The notes beneath the pieces were generated by a model. It had not been told where the DNA came from and made no database searches. It was given only the letters and a program-made list of their open reading frames with translations. 64,000 nt of DNA from a virus. Its lineage: Duplodnaviria; Heunggongvirae; Uroviricota; Caudoviricetes. A program made the position numbers and the translations under genes. This document shows, piece after piece, positions 8,105 to 18,922 of this stretch (its first letter is position 1; every line of letters starts with the position of its first letter). The DNA is taken from IMG/VR virus record IMGVR_UViG_3300045049_000270. The stretch is one strand, 5' to 3'.

Positions 8105-11100
8105 TCAATAGCTATCTTGCGATAAATCAATTACTGTTTCGCCCTGCGTATGCTCAAATATTGACGATCCACGATAGCCACGTTCAACATCTATCAATGT
8201 AATGGTATTTGCGTTAGTATCTACCTTGGCTTGTAGGAATCGAACAATTTCTTTGTTCAACATCATAACACCAGGATTGTGCAAATTACGATCCACATCA
8301 AACGAACCGATTGATGGTAAGCCATCACCATTCACACGTTGCAAAACGATATTGCTTGTATTGATATCAATATCACTAGCCAATGTGTAATAATCGGAAT
8401 GAGTTGTGATTTTACTAATATCGCTAATACCATATTCACGCAGCGGATCTAGATATATGATTTGATCATATGGTATTTGTGCTTGTGTTGCAGTGAATGT
8501 TGAAATAATCACATGGTCACCTGGATTAGCAAAGATACCATTCTCTTCATTCATACGAACCGCAAAACTATTTGGACCAAAAGGTGACATTTCATCACGA
8601 GCATCAGTATCCCAAGCCGGAATATCCCAACCATTATTTGCTGGTGTGACATAGAAGTCTGCACCTTCACGCAACTTACGACCATTCAATGTCACCCACA
8701 AACTGCCAGGTGTTGGGAAACTTCCTGGGATTGGGAACCAATTATCAGTAATATGATCATAACTAACTGTATGGATACCCATGACATTCGCATTTGCGAA
8801 TGTTGTTAGTGTCATACGTTTAGCCAATGGGAACTGCTGTGCAATTGGATCAGTAAAGTTAAAGTCAGCCTGTGCTGAATCAAACACCACCAAATCACCA
8901 GTAACATCACCAAGCATCATAATCTGGTCACCCATCATGATGGCTTGAGCAACTGCACCAGGTTGTCCTGGAACATCCCATGAATAGTTAGTCAGATCAT
9001 TTGGAATGGTATTACCAAATGAGATTGTGACTGTCAAGTCAGCCGTCAATGGATTCAAACTCATCAAACGGCCCTCATAAACCACCAGAGTAGCATTAGC
9101 TGGAGCAATTGTGTACTTCAAGTATTGGTTTGGATCATCCCACAAGGAAACTCCATCCCACAGATCCTGATCCCAATAAACACCAGTCATTGAATTCAAT
9201 TCTGGTGCATCTGGATTTAGATTGCTCAATGGATAACCAGGTGCTGTGCCTACAACTTCACCAACAACTTGGACGACGCCATTGTTCTTTACAACCATAT
9301 CACTTGCTGCCCAGTTACTTCCGAGGTTCACAGAACGTGTTGATGCGGGAATAGTAAAACTCTGAACTACGTCTGTACCAATAACAATTGGTGATCCGTT
9401 AAATGTTGCAGTTAAGTTGGCATATTGAACTCCCTGACCCAATTGCAATATTTCATTTCCTGGGGATACAAAAGCTTCGTAAATGCCAGTTGACAAAACA
9501 CGTAATCCATCAACCTCTATAATTGACTGAATTGGGTTTGGTGGGGTCGACAAACCAAACGCCGCCTCGAATGTCAATGGACCACCAAGAGTCGTGAGAT
9601 CGATTTCCTTAACTGTTACGGTATTAAAACCAGACATTGGGTTGTTGTTCGCATCAACTATTGATGGCATAACAACAACCTTGATAAAGCTCCCATTTGC
9701 AGGTGCAGTCGTGAATGTAAGCTTATTATTGTTAACAGAAAATGCTGTATTCAATACGCCATCAACGGTTACGAACAAATCTGATGGATTATCAACCACC
9801 GCGTCAATTGGGAAAGTAGTTGTTGTACCATCGCCATTAAAATAATCAGTACCAGTAATCTGATTTGCACCACCGAATCCAAATGATACGCTATCTAAAA
9901 ATGTTGGATTGTCGTTACCTGTATAGTTAACAATCAATGATCGAGCATCATATGTGTAATCATTTTGAGCAACACGTACACCACCATCATACAATGCAAT
10001 AGCTTGTTTTGATTGTGGAGCAACTGGAAGCGTCATTGGTGATGCTGATTCGTATAGAGTAATAGATGCACTACCTGGTGTCCAAGTTTGATGCATCTTA
10101 ATACGCACTCCTGCAGTCACCAGCACTTGCACTAATTCTTCGGGGTGGTTGGCTTGGTGAGTTGGATCTTGGAAGATACTACCACTAATGATCTGAGAAT
10201 ATGTAGAGTTCGCAAATATGCCACCATCGATAATTTCTGTTGGTGCATCTGCCGCGACTAGCATAATAACTACATTATCATATGGTCCCAAATCCGACAT
10301 CTTGAAGTAAATCTTCCAGGAATTGGCCAAGTTTGGATCAGCCAATACGATGTAATCACCATTGATAAGAGATAGTCGTTTATTATTGCGATATACCTCT
10401 AGACGATGACCATTGTTTACATCGAATTGTGTTGCAGTAAATTCAAACTCATATGCATTGTAAATTTGACCGTTTAAACCAGCTTGTACCAAATGATTCC
10501 ATGTTGTTTGATTCAAAGCGTCCCAGGTAGTAGTATTCATTTGATCCCAAACGTAGTTTGGTTGATTGTCATTGGCTACGTCCCAAGGAGCAGGAAGAAG
10601 ATGTCCAATAGTATCAAACTTCTGAGCAAAATAAACATAGCTTGGAAGGTTTGTGCCAATCAGATGGCCTTTTCCATCTTCAACAAATGTTAATGCTGTT
10701 GGATATAAGGTCGGTGAAGCGAGGTTACTGCCCAATACCGGACCATTAAATACAGTTCCTTTCATGACCCCCATCAATCCAGTTTGTGATGTTGCATCAC
10801 CAGACCAATATTGGCTAAGACGATCAACTGCACCCCCAACACCGGAATAACTGTCAAAATCAAAGATATCCCAAGCTTCATTATCCCATCCATTTGATGG
10901 AAGCATTGAAACCCGATCGAATGTCAATGTAGCCACAATCTTACGGACTTGATTATTACCAGATACCCAGTTATTGTACCAATCTTTATATGACGGATCG
11001 GATGCTAGGATCGCCAAATCGGCAACATTGGTTTCATCAAGAATTCGATATTTTCCTTGAGTTGAATCAAAATAAACTGGTTTATCAAAATCAGTTGCAT

Positions 11101-14100
11101 GAACATTAGCAGTATCGCTCACTCCGTACTTACTGATAAAATTACGAATCTTGACGTGATATGGCTTAACCTCATTAATGTATGATAGTAAGTCTGCTGT
11201 ATAGTCAATACTTGCAATTGGGCTTGCGATTAGGTTGGCATTGAATCCCTGTACATACATAAAGGATGTCTTGAAGCACCAATCGACGAAATCTTGCTCA
11301 GTATGTAGGTAACTAATCATGCTGAAGAACAATTCATTTTGTTCTTCAGCCAACAAAACAGAATCCCGCAAAGCATTCAGCACATAATTCAATTCATACC
11401 CCATATCACGATTCGCGACTAAGGTAGCAAAATTACTTGGTAGTGTACCAGTTACATCGAATACGTTACCTGTGTTTTGCCAGATATTGTCGTTGAGTTG
11501 GATGGTGCCATTTTCCTTTGCGACTGTTGTCCAAACACCGTCGTTCCAAACTTGCCACATCCAACGCCCTTGCCCATCATCATTAATCTTGGTATAATGG
11601 ATGGTTGGATTTGCCCCCAGCGCAACCTGACGTGCTGCTTGGTTTTGATAAACTGCACTTGGAACCATAGTTGCATCATATCCAGATGCATACCAGTCAA
11701 CGATCGTAAAGATATCATTAGTGTTATAACGTTGGGTAGTAACCAATTGGAATGAAGCAGTTGATGAATTGTAAATCCACAAAGTCCACATATTGGCCGT
11801 TGCCGAGTTGGCGGCCACCAATACCTTTGTACCATCTGCAACCTGACCAATCAATGCATTCAATTCTGTTAGTGAGGAAACCTGCTTATCCCACAAAGTA
11901 GCAAAATTAATATCACCTTGTGTATCTTCGGTCATAACGGACCAGAATGGTGTTTTGCCACTGAGGTTCATTATCAAACCTGGGCTAACTGACGGATCCT
12001 TAGTATATGCATTTGTGAATTCTTGCAGTGATGCAAATTGCTTCTTCCACAATGCTTTGTTTGGAATCGGTTCGATATATGCTGAACCTTGAGTTTGAGT
12101 CCACTGCAAATATTGATCATCACTGTGGGTTTTCTGCAATGCGGTCAAAGCATATGGACGATCGTCGGCAAGTAACAAGTTAGCAAACACATTGTTCAGA
12201 TACTCCACCAAATGTTTGCGGGCACCCTGTAGGTTTTTAAACCAACTTTGGCCGACACGCAGATTGTTACCAACTCGAGTGGTCACGTAAAGTGATGGAT
12301 TTGGAATTGGTTCGTTCTCTGCATTGAAGCCAGCAATTGACGATACCATATTTGAGAACAAAGTAACTGATGGTAAACTCAATGGATCACCAGGACGTAG
12401 CAACGACCATTCTGAATGTTTACCAACCTTAGCGTCATTTTTGCGAATACGTATTTGCAATGAACTGGTTGGTGTCAAGTATTGGCTGAGTGCCGCAACA
12501 ATCATAGCATTGCTTGCGATTGGTGCTGCCCATGCAATTCCATTATTTGCTGGATTAGCAATGATTTGTGCAGCAGCTGAAGCACTAATAGAACGGAATG
12601 GAACATTTGGTGTTGTTTGGCGATTCTTAACCCAGAAATAGAATTTGGTCACATATGTACCAGTGGATGGATCGAATACTTGCTTCTCAACCCATGATGG
12701 ATTTGTTGAGTTGAAAACTGGACCATCATAAATCGTTGGTGTAGAACCAGCGTTGAAGTTGGCCATCCAATCTATTGGATTGACAGAGCTTTCTGTCCAC
12801 TCATAGAAATCAACTTCACTGTTTGGCGCTAAAGAACCCCAATTCTTCACTCGATATTTCAATTCTGTTGATGCATCAACAGAGTCAAGATTTGTGAGGT
12901 CGTTGGTTTCTGCTAACAAGAAACGTGTAGAGTCCAAGTTCCACCAAATACGACCAACTTGAGATTCATCCCATTCCATACCCAATGCCAATACATTGCT
13001 TCCCCCTTGATTGTATCGAGCTGGATCATATTCCTGCATGTAATACACTTCACGCATTGCCGCACCTGGAATCAAGCCCTGTACTGGATCATATGGAACT
13101 ACATCTGGGTATAGCAATGGGTTTGCTTGCATCAAATTACTGTCACTTGACAATGATGTGACAGTATCGTATATCTTCATTGAATCAATCAATTTGCGAT
13201 CGATGCGTGGGGCTTGTGAACGGTAACGAACAAATTCCGAACCGTTCCACTTGAATACGGCCCAACGTTTTTGATACGCAGCGTATGCTGATTGTAATGC
13301 AAACTCGTAACCAGTATCTAGGTAAATGTAATCGTTAGTGGTGAAGCCACCTGATGGCACGATCACTGCCGAACAGAAGTTAGCAGACAGAGAATTTTGC
13401 GTCATATAGCTTACCATAGAGCCACCATGCTTCTCGTTGAAACGCATTGAGAATAGGCGTAGAACTACTGGAGCATCGACACCAGGCTCCGGTATTGTCG
13501 TATTTGGGAATGTTGTCTGGCTGCTAAATGTATTACTTACGGTAATTGTTTCTGCCAACGTAATGGTTACCCCATCTGATGCAACGGCAGATACGGTGTA
13601 AACGCCACCGATATCTGGGCTTGTGTTAGATGGTGAACTAATATACAAGTGATCGCCAACTACGAATGTAGTTGGATATTCCATTACAATCGTATTGCCA
13701 GTGATACTTGAAATATAGTTTTGTGTGACTAGACCGTTCAAACCGGTACCATTTAATGCTGTGTCAACACGTAGAACATCAAATGTTGAAGTGCCATTAT
13801 TGTAAATCCACACATTATTACCGACCGCCAAACTAACAGTTCCAGCTTGCACCATAGCATTCAAAGATGCCAATGAAGGAGCGGATGCTGTGACTTCATC
13901 GATTCGAACATAACCAGCAGTTGGTAGATCACCCTTGTGGCGAGTATAATCTAGGATCGTTGGGAACACCGTATTAGTATTAATCGGGTAGATCCAACGA
14001 GTGTCATGCGCAGTACTATTTGAATACAAATCAAGTGTGATTGAATCAGGATCTTGAAGCGCAGTCAATTGATCAGCCGTTAACCCCTCAGTGCCGTCTA

Positions 14101-17100
14101 TAAAGTTAATTTGTTGTGGTTCTTGCTTGATGTCATCACTAGTCAATTCAAATTCAACAATATTTTCTTGACTAACACCGCCATAATTCCCATTCAAGAA
14201 TGCCCATTCCTCTAGGAATTCCAAGTTGGTAGTTTGTGTCAATGTTGTATTGCGCAACAATTTGTCCAAAGCCCCAGCCGAACCCTTTTGTTGAATCATG
14301 CCTTGATAGAATTCGAATTGATTCAATTCATTTGTGAAGATATCAGCCAAGTATGAACGAGATTGATAACCAATTTGGTGACGGGCGTAATCTCGCATCA
14401 CTGAATAAACTGGTTTCTCAATACTAAACATATTGCGAACGTCTTCGACAGAACGATCGAAGCTTGGAATCATCAAATTGTCGGTGAGTACAAAGCCTGG
14501 TGCATTCAATGTGCCATTCCAGTTAGTACTCAAGTTGAAGTTCATGCGAATACGATTTTGACGTAAGTTGAACAATGGCTGGTAAATAACGTCATTGAAG
14601 ATTGTTGTATTGTCAAACAACACACAATGTTCGATCTCTGAAACACACAACCGCAAACCAAAAATACCGGTTGTATCTTTTGTTGAAACTACTATTTGGC
14701 CATTGATACGGTTTACAACCGTATTCTTGATATCAACATATGCGCCAGCGCGATCCAAGATACTGTAAACACCGTTGACCATTTGCTCAACAGATTGAAT
14801 AGCACCGTGATCAGTAACGAATTTCACACCATCTGACAAAGGGCTCAATGTAATGAATGTGCCAGGAGCCCAAGCCACTTGTGCCCAATTCAGGAATTGA
14901 CGAACAGCCAGGCGGAAGTCCTTATTTTCGTTGATGGATGAATCAAATTGATCAAATACCCATCCTCGACTCTTCAAATACAGTTCGTAACCAGCCAAGA
15001 AGTTGCAAACTTCTTGCATGGTGTAGAATACTGAACCATATGGAATTGTTTGAACAGATGCATTTGGTTGCGCACTTGTATAGAAATCAAGAGATGGCGA
15101 TGCACCAGCAAAACTGCTTTCAAGCTGCCAATATTCTTGTTCAAATATACCAACACTTGTATGGGATTTAATACATGAATATGTTGCATTCTGCCAGGTT
15201 ACCTGTACCCCTGTCTGATAGAAGGTATTGGGTAACCATGGATATGCTGGTGCTGGGAGCGCCCCGAGGGAAATCTTTACCTTTGATGCATTCGTATCAA
15301 CTGGAAGGATACTGAATACAGGATCAAGAACATCATAACCAATTACAACCCAACCAGCGCCATTCCACTTAATGATGACACCACTGTAGAATTCTTCACG
15401 TGTACTTGGTGAATTGTATAATTGAACTGTTACGTTTTCGCTTGGTAAGACGCCTTGGCTTTCTGTTGAAGCCTGCATTGTTTTAGAATCAGTAAATGCA
15501 CCAACTTTATGGGCAAGTTTTACTTGCAACCCTCTAACATGATTTCCAAATGTGGTAGTGATGTCTTGTCCATTAGAACGAACATAATCTGAAATCCATT
15601 GTTGGAAACCAACAACACGAACAGGTGCTTTGTCCACAACTTCATTGTGAACGGTGAAATCTGAAAAGTGAGGTCGTCTTCCCAGAGTTTTACTAATCCA
15701 TTGGTTTGATTGGCCTGGATACACCAATTGGTTATCAAGTGTCTGCCAACCAGTATCAATAAAACGAACAGGTTTCAGCAAATAGCCCAATTCGGACAAT
15801 GTGAAACTAATATATTCGCTATTCCACCATGAGTTTTCGACTGGGCCACAATCACCAAACACCCAGTCCTGGTCATATGCTGTAACATTACCAGTATCAA
15901 CAACTATACCTGCTTGGAATGGATCCAATAGATTGCCGTTAGTATCTACCGGAATGAAACGAGCAAAATCAGCACGGGCAAATATTGGGTCAATAGTTAC
16001 ACTAGGTGGTTGCTCTACATTACCAGCAACAATGGCAGCAATCAAAGCGGTTCTTTTTGCTGAGTCTGTCCATGAATAATATGTATCCCACCATGTTGGC
16101 TTTGACGTATAACCAAGCATTTCCCAAGGATGAGTATCTGGTCGATCAGTATCATAGTAATAGCGGTAGATACCTCGCCAGTAACCTGGTATTGATTGGC
16201 CATCAGCATCTCTGAGCTGTTTATAGTTCCAAGTCCATGTATTGTTTGGATCGTAGATCTTATTACTGGTATAGTCTTTTTGACCACGAGCAACCCAACG
16301 CTCGAAAATTGGAGTAGCAACTTGGTTGAATTCTCCCACCGAGTATTCAGTTGTACGGAATTTACCAGGTTGTACGGACTTCAAGTCAAATGCTGGACGA
16401 CGTTGTTCTTGTAATGAAGCATCGCATGAATTGAACAGTAATTGTTCGTAAGCCATCATGACCGTATCCCGGATATCGAGTTCTTCCTCGACTCCGTCTA
16501 CCATCACACCTTGAATTGTCAACGATACATTTTGAGTTGCAAATTTGGTGAAACCTGGCAATAAACTACCATCGTGACCACGAAGCATTACTGCGGCGCC
16601 GCCAGTTGACGAATTCTGAATAATGAATTCTGGTTTCCACAATGGTGTCAAACCCAGATATGCACCTGATGCTGGAATGTAGTAGTTGTCACCACCCATA
16701 CCATTGTTGAAGAATGCGAATGAAGAAGTCTTCGTAACCTTCAAATAATTCAATGCAGTAGTCAGAGCGGATGATGCATCAATGATCTGGCCACTTGTAT
16801 ACATGGTAGTCAGATACTGTACCAACTTTGCACGATAACGACTATATTCACGTTCAACATAGAGCATTGACTTCATAACGTCAATGTTCTTATTTGAACT
16901 CATCAGCATAGTCTTCAATAGATTGTCACGGTTTTGCACAATATTCGTGCCACCAGTCAAGGTATAATATTTGCTATCCCACAACCAATTATTTTCTGGT
17001 AGGATCTGTTGGAACTGTGGATACCAATCATTTCGTGAAATCGTAGTGATGTCGTCGTTGTTCGGATTGGCTTGCAAGTTCTGCGGGATGGAGTAGAAAC

Positions 17101-18922
17101 CTGTTGCAGAGTCTATTGGTTGTTGTGTTTGTCCAGCATAGCGCCATGCACTTTCGTAATCGAAAGTAACTATACCATTATTGATGGATTCCAAGGCAAA
17201 GTATTTCAAACCAGGAACTGCGGAACCATCAATGTTTAATTTATTATCATATTCAAAAGAACCGTACTGATTGTACACTGGGGCAAAACCTAGAACACTG
17301 TCAATTGGCGTTGTTCCAGTGGTATCATGTGAATATGCGAAGATTTCTGAGCCAGCAAATGTACTTGTTGGGTAGATTGTCGGATCAGCCAAACTTGTGC
17401 TATTACGATCGAATAGGTCGAACAATGGTGGTTGATCGCCATAAGCTTGTGCCTTTACCCATTTTGTTCCATTGAACCAATATTCAACACCATTTGTAGC
17501 CTCAACCGTGTCGTACTGTTTTGGAGTAATAAGTGATACCAAAGTTGGTGTGCCCCCCGGGGCTGAGACATAATACATGCCATCAGAAACCGAAGGATTT
17601 GCAGAATTAACGATGAGAATTTTCTTCCCAACTGGTAAACCAGCAACATTGATATTCACCCCCTCGTAAACCAAATCAACGTTATCTAGACGATTGACGC
17701 CGTAGTTGAACAACTTCAAACTATTAAAAAATTCAATAATTGGACGAGTTGCTTTAGCTGGTGCATAGCCATTACCATCATAGAAGATAATGCTCGAATG
17801 ATACCACCGATTGTTCAAACTCCATTGATTTTCAGAAATTGATCGTCGTTCAATTGTCCAATATTGTGGAACGGTGCGATGTACCATCTTTGGATCTTGA
17901 TCGATCATCTCGACGACCATTTGACCATTTTGCTTCTGAACATTGACTTCCTTGGCTACTTTCGTGTCCCAAAGATCAATATCCCATAGCATGACATCCC
18001 AATTATTATCCCAAGTGTCATCTTGAATTTCAACCAGCATACCGCGAACCAATGCTGGAGATGGATCCAGATCAATCGTTGGGAAGTTAAACATTCCTGT
18101 CTGAGTTTCCAATGATGCTTGGATTTCCCATGTAATCATGTCATTTGTTGACCATGGTTCTGTATCCCACAAAACGTCACTTTCTACGGTCTGTGATATA
18201 GTGCGTTGTTCACTTGCATAGGCGGTAGCCACCCCAGGGTAGGTGTATGCTGTTTTACCATCTATGTTCGCTTCAAATTCACCATTTGTCCAAATTTGAA
18301 TTTTAGAACCAGATGCTGGTGCTGACTGGAATGTCACTTCACCTACACCGTTGACTACGGTATATGTGAAGTTTGTAGCATAAACACCTTGAACTTTTAC
18401 TTTAACATTCACAATTGAGTTTGGCAAACTAACAGGTGCAGCAAACACAGTAGTTGTACCATCACCAGTATATGTATTAACTGGAATTGCGAAAGTCATG
18501 ATTGGTGGACCATCTGGCAACCAGTAATAGTTGCGATAATTGTCCAACATATCGAGATTAATTGGTGGACACCAGGTATAATAATCAGTTTCGAACAAAC
18601 GTTGATGATTATCAACCAATGCACCCTGGTAACGCAAGTTGTTGACTATATCTACATAGAATAACAGATTTTGTGTTGTATCTGACGAGTCAGTACTAAC
18701 CATTGCTGGTTCAAGCTGATAGAATGCGCGTTCGGCATCGTATTCTGGCTTGTAAAAATCAGTTTTTTGATTATAATACGATGGCTTTCTACCAATATAT
18801 GCATTGACATTCTGCAACTGACCAGGTTGGAATACTTGGTCAACTGTAGCGTTGAAAAACTTTTGCAGAGTTGTTGTCTGCTGAACAACTGGTAGTTGCT
18901 TAATAAAATTGCGTTGCGCCAT
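8105..18922 (-). CDS. Giant virion protein, probable baseplate wedge subunit (gp7-like position), with CBM5/12-like and repeated GDGTTTxF domains
   Basis: 3605 aa, coupled to the gp6-like gene; YINEVKPYHVKIR wedge-type motif; WLPNTFYQTGVQVTWQNATYSCIKSHTS..W carbohydrate-binding-like module; many WD motifs. Confidence 0.75.
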   Translation of the reverse strand: MAQRNFIKQLPVVQQTTTLQKFFNATVDQVFQPGQLQNVNAYIGRKPSYYNQKTDFYKPEYDAERAFYQLEPAMVSTDSSDTTQNLLFYVDIVNNLRYQGALVDNHQRLFETDYYTWCPPINLDMLDNYRNYYWLPDGPPIMTFAIPVNTYTGDGTTTVFAAPVSLPNSIVNVKVKVQGVYATNFTYTVVNGVGEVTFQSAPASGSKIQIWTNGEFEANIDGKTAYTYPGVATAYASEQRTISQTVESDVLWDTEPWSTNDMITWEIQASLETQTGMFNFPTIDLDPSPALVRGMLVEIQDDTWDNNWDVMLWDIDLWDTKVAKEVNVQKQNGQMVVEMIDQDPKMVHRTVPQYWTIERRSISENQWSLNNRWYHSSIIFYDGNGYAPAKATRPIIEFFNSLKLFNYGVNRLDNVDLVYEGVNINVAGLPVGKKILIVNSANPSVSDGMYYVSAPGGTPTLVSLITPKQYDTVEATNGVEYWFNGTKWVKAQAYGDQPPLFDLFDRNSTSLADPTIYPTSTFAGSEIFAYSHDTTGTTPIDSVLGFAPVYNQYGSFEYDNKLNIDGSAVPGLKYFALESINNGIVTFDYESAWRYAGQTQQPIDSATGFYSIPQNLQANPNNDDITTISRNDWYPQFQQILPENNWLWDSKYYTLTGGTNIVQNRDNLLKTMLMSSNKNIDVMKSMLYVEREYSRYRAKLVQYLTTMYTSGQIIDASSALTTALNYLKVTKTSSFAFFNNGMGGDNYYIPASGAYLGLTPLWKPEFIIQNSSTGGAAVMLRGHDGSLLPGFTKFATQNVSLTIQGVMVDGVEEELDIRDTVMMAYEQLLFNSCDASLQEQRRPAFDLKSVQPGKFRTTEYSVGEFNQVATPIFERWVARGQKDYTSNKIYDPNNTWTWNYKQLRDADGQSIPGYWRGIYRYYYDTDRPDTHPWEMLGYTSKPTWWDTYYSWTDSAKRTALIAAIVAGNVEQPPSVTIDPIFARADFARFIPVDTNGNLLDPFQAGIVVDTGNVTAYDQDWVFGDCGPVENSWWNSEYISFTLSELGYLLKPVRFIDTGWQTLDNQLVYPGQSNQWISKTLGRRPHFSDFTVHNEVVDKAPVRVVGFQQWISDYVRSNGQDITTTFGNHVRGLQVKLAHKVGAFTDSKTMQASTESQGVLPSENVTVQLYNSPSTREEFYSGVIIKWNGAGWVVIGYDVLDPVFSILPVDTNASKVKISLGALPAPAYPWLPNTFYQTGVQVTWQNATYSCIKSHTSVGIFEQEYWQLESSFAGASPSLDFYTSAQPNASVQTIPYGSVFYTMQEVCNFLAGYELYLKSRGWVFDQFDSSINENKDFRLAVRQFLNWAQVAWAPGTFITLSPLSDGVKFVTDHGAIQSVEQMVNGVYSILDRAGAYVDIKNTVVNRINGQIVVSTKDTTGIFGLRLCVSEIEHCVLFDNTTIFNDVIYQPLFNLRQNRIRMNFNLSTNWNGTLNAPGFVLTDNLMIPSFDRSVEDVRNMFSIEKPVYSVMRDYARHQIGYQSRSYLADIFTNELNQFEFYQGMIQQKGSAGALDKLLRNTTLTQTTNLEFLEEWAFLNGNYGGVSQENIVEFELTSDDIKQEPQQINFIDGTEGLTADQLTALQDPDSITLDLYSNSTAHDTRWIYPINTNTVFPTILDYTRHKGDLPTAGYVRIDEVTASAPSLASLNAMVQAGTVSLAVGNNVWIYNNGTSTFDVLRVDTALNGTGLNGLVTQNYISSITGNTIVMEYPTTFVVGDHLYISSPSNTSPDIGGVYTVSAVASDGVTITLAETITVSNTFSSQTTFPNTTIPEPGVDAPVVLRLFSMRFNEKHGGSMVSYMTQNSLSANFCSAVIVPSGGFTTNDYIYLDTGYEFALQSAYAAYQKRWAVFKWNGSEFVRYRSQAPRIDRKLIDSMKIYDTVTSLSSDSNLMQANPLLYPDVVPYDPVQGLIPGAAMREVYYMQEYDPARYNQGGSNVLALGMEWDESQVGRIWWNLDSTRFLLAETNDLTNLDSVDASTELKYRVKNWGSLAPNSEVDFYEWTESSVNPIDWMANFNAGSTPTIYDGPVFNSTNPSWVEKQVFDPSTGTYVTKFYFWVKNRQTTPNVPFRSISASAAAQIIANPANNGIAWAAPIASNAMIVAALSQYLTPTSSLQIRIRKNDAKVGKHSEWSLLRPGDPLSLPSVTLFSNMVSSIAGFNAENEPIPNPSLYVTTRVGNNLRVGQSWFKNLQGARKHLVEYLNNVFANLLLADDRPYALTALQKTHSDDQYLQWTQTQGSAYIEPIPNKALWKKQFASLQEFTNAYTKDPSVSPGLIMNLSGKTPFWSVMTEDTQGDINFATLWDKQVSSLTELNALIGQVADGTKVLVAANSATANMWTLWIYNSSTASFQLVTTQRYNTNDIFTIVDWYASGYDATMVPSAVYQNQAARQVALGANPTIHYTKINDDGQGRWMWQVWNDGVWTTVAKENGTIQLNDNIWQNTGNVFDVTGTLPSNFATLVANRDMGYELNYVLNALRDSVLLAEEQNELFFSMISYLHTEQDFVDWCFKTSFMYVQGFNANLIASPIASIDYTADLLSYINEVKPYHVKIRNFISKYGVSDTANVHATDFDKPVYFDSTQGKYRILDETNVADLAILASDPSYKDWYNNWVSGNNQVRKIVATLTFDRVSMLPSNGWDNEAWDIFDFDSYSGVGGAVDRLSQYWSGDATSQTGLMGVMKGTVFNGPVLGSNLASPTLYPTALTFVEDGKGHLIGTNLPSYVYFAQKFDTIGHLLPAPWDVANDNQPNYVWDQMNTTTWDALNQTTWNHLVQAGLNGQIYNAYEFEFTATQFDVNNGHRLEVYRNNKRLSLINGDYIVLADPNLANSWKIYFKMSDLGPYDNVVIMLVAADAPTEIIDGGIFANSTYSQIISGSIFQDPTHQANHPEELVQVLVTAGVRIKMHQTWTPGSASITLYESASPMTLPVAPQSKQAIALYDGGVRVAQNDYTYDARSLIVNYTGNDNPTFLDSVSFGFGGANQITGTDYFNGDGTTTTFPIDAVVDNPSDLFVTVDGVLNTAFSVNNNKLTFTTAPANGSFIKVVVMPSIVDANNNPMSGFNTVTVKEIDLTTLGGPLTFEAAFGLSTPPNPIQSIIEVDGLRVLSTGIYEAFVSPGNEILQLGQGVQYANLTATFNGSPIVIGTDVVQSFTIPASTRSVNLGSNWAASDMVVKNNGVVQVVGEVVGTAPGYPLSNLNPDAPELNSMTGVYWDQDLWDGVSLWDDPNQYLKYTIAPANATLVVYEGRLMSLNPLTADLTVTISFGNTIPNDLTNYSWDVPGQPGAVAQAIMMGDQIMMLGDVTGDLVVFDSAQADFNFTDPIAQQFPLAKRMTLTTFANANVMGIHTVSYDHITDNWFPIPGSFPTPGSLWVTLNGRKLREGADFYVTPANNGWDIPAWDTDARDEMSPFGPNSFAVRMNEENGIFANPGDHVIISTFTATQAQIPYDQIIYLDPLREYGISDISKITTHSDYYTLASDIDINTSNIVLQRVNGDGLPSIGSFDVDRNLHNPGVMMLNKEIVRFLQAKVDTNANTITLIDVERGYRGSSIFEHTQGETVIDLSQDSY

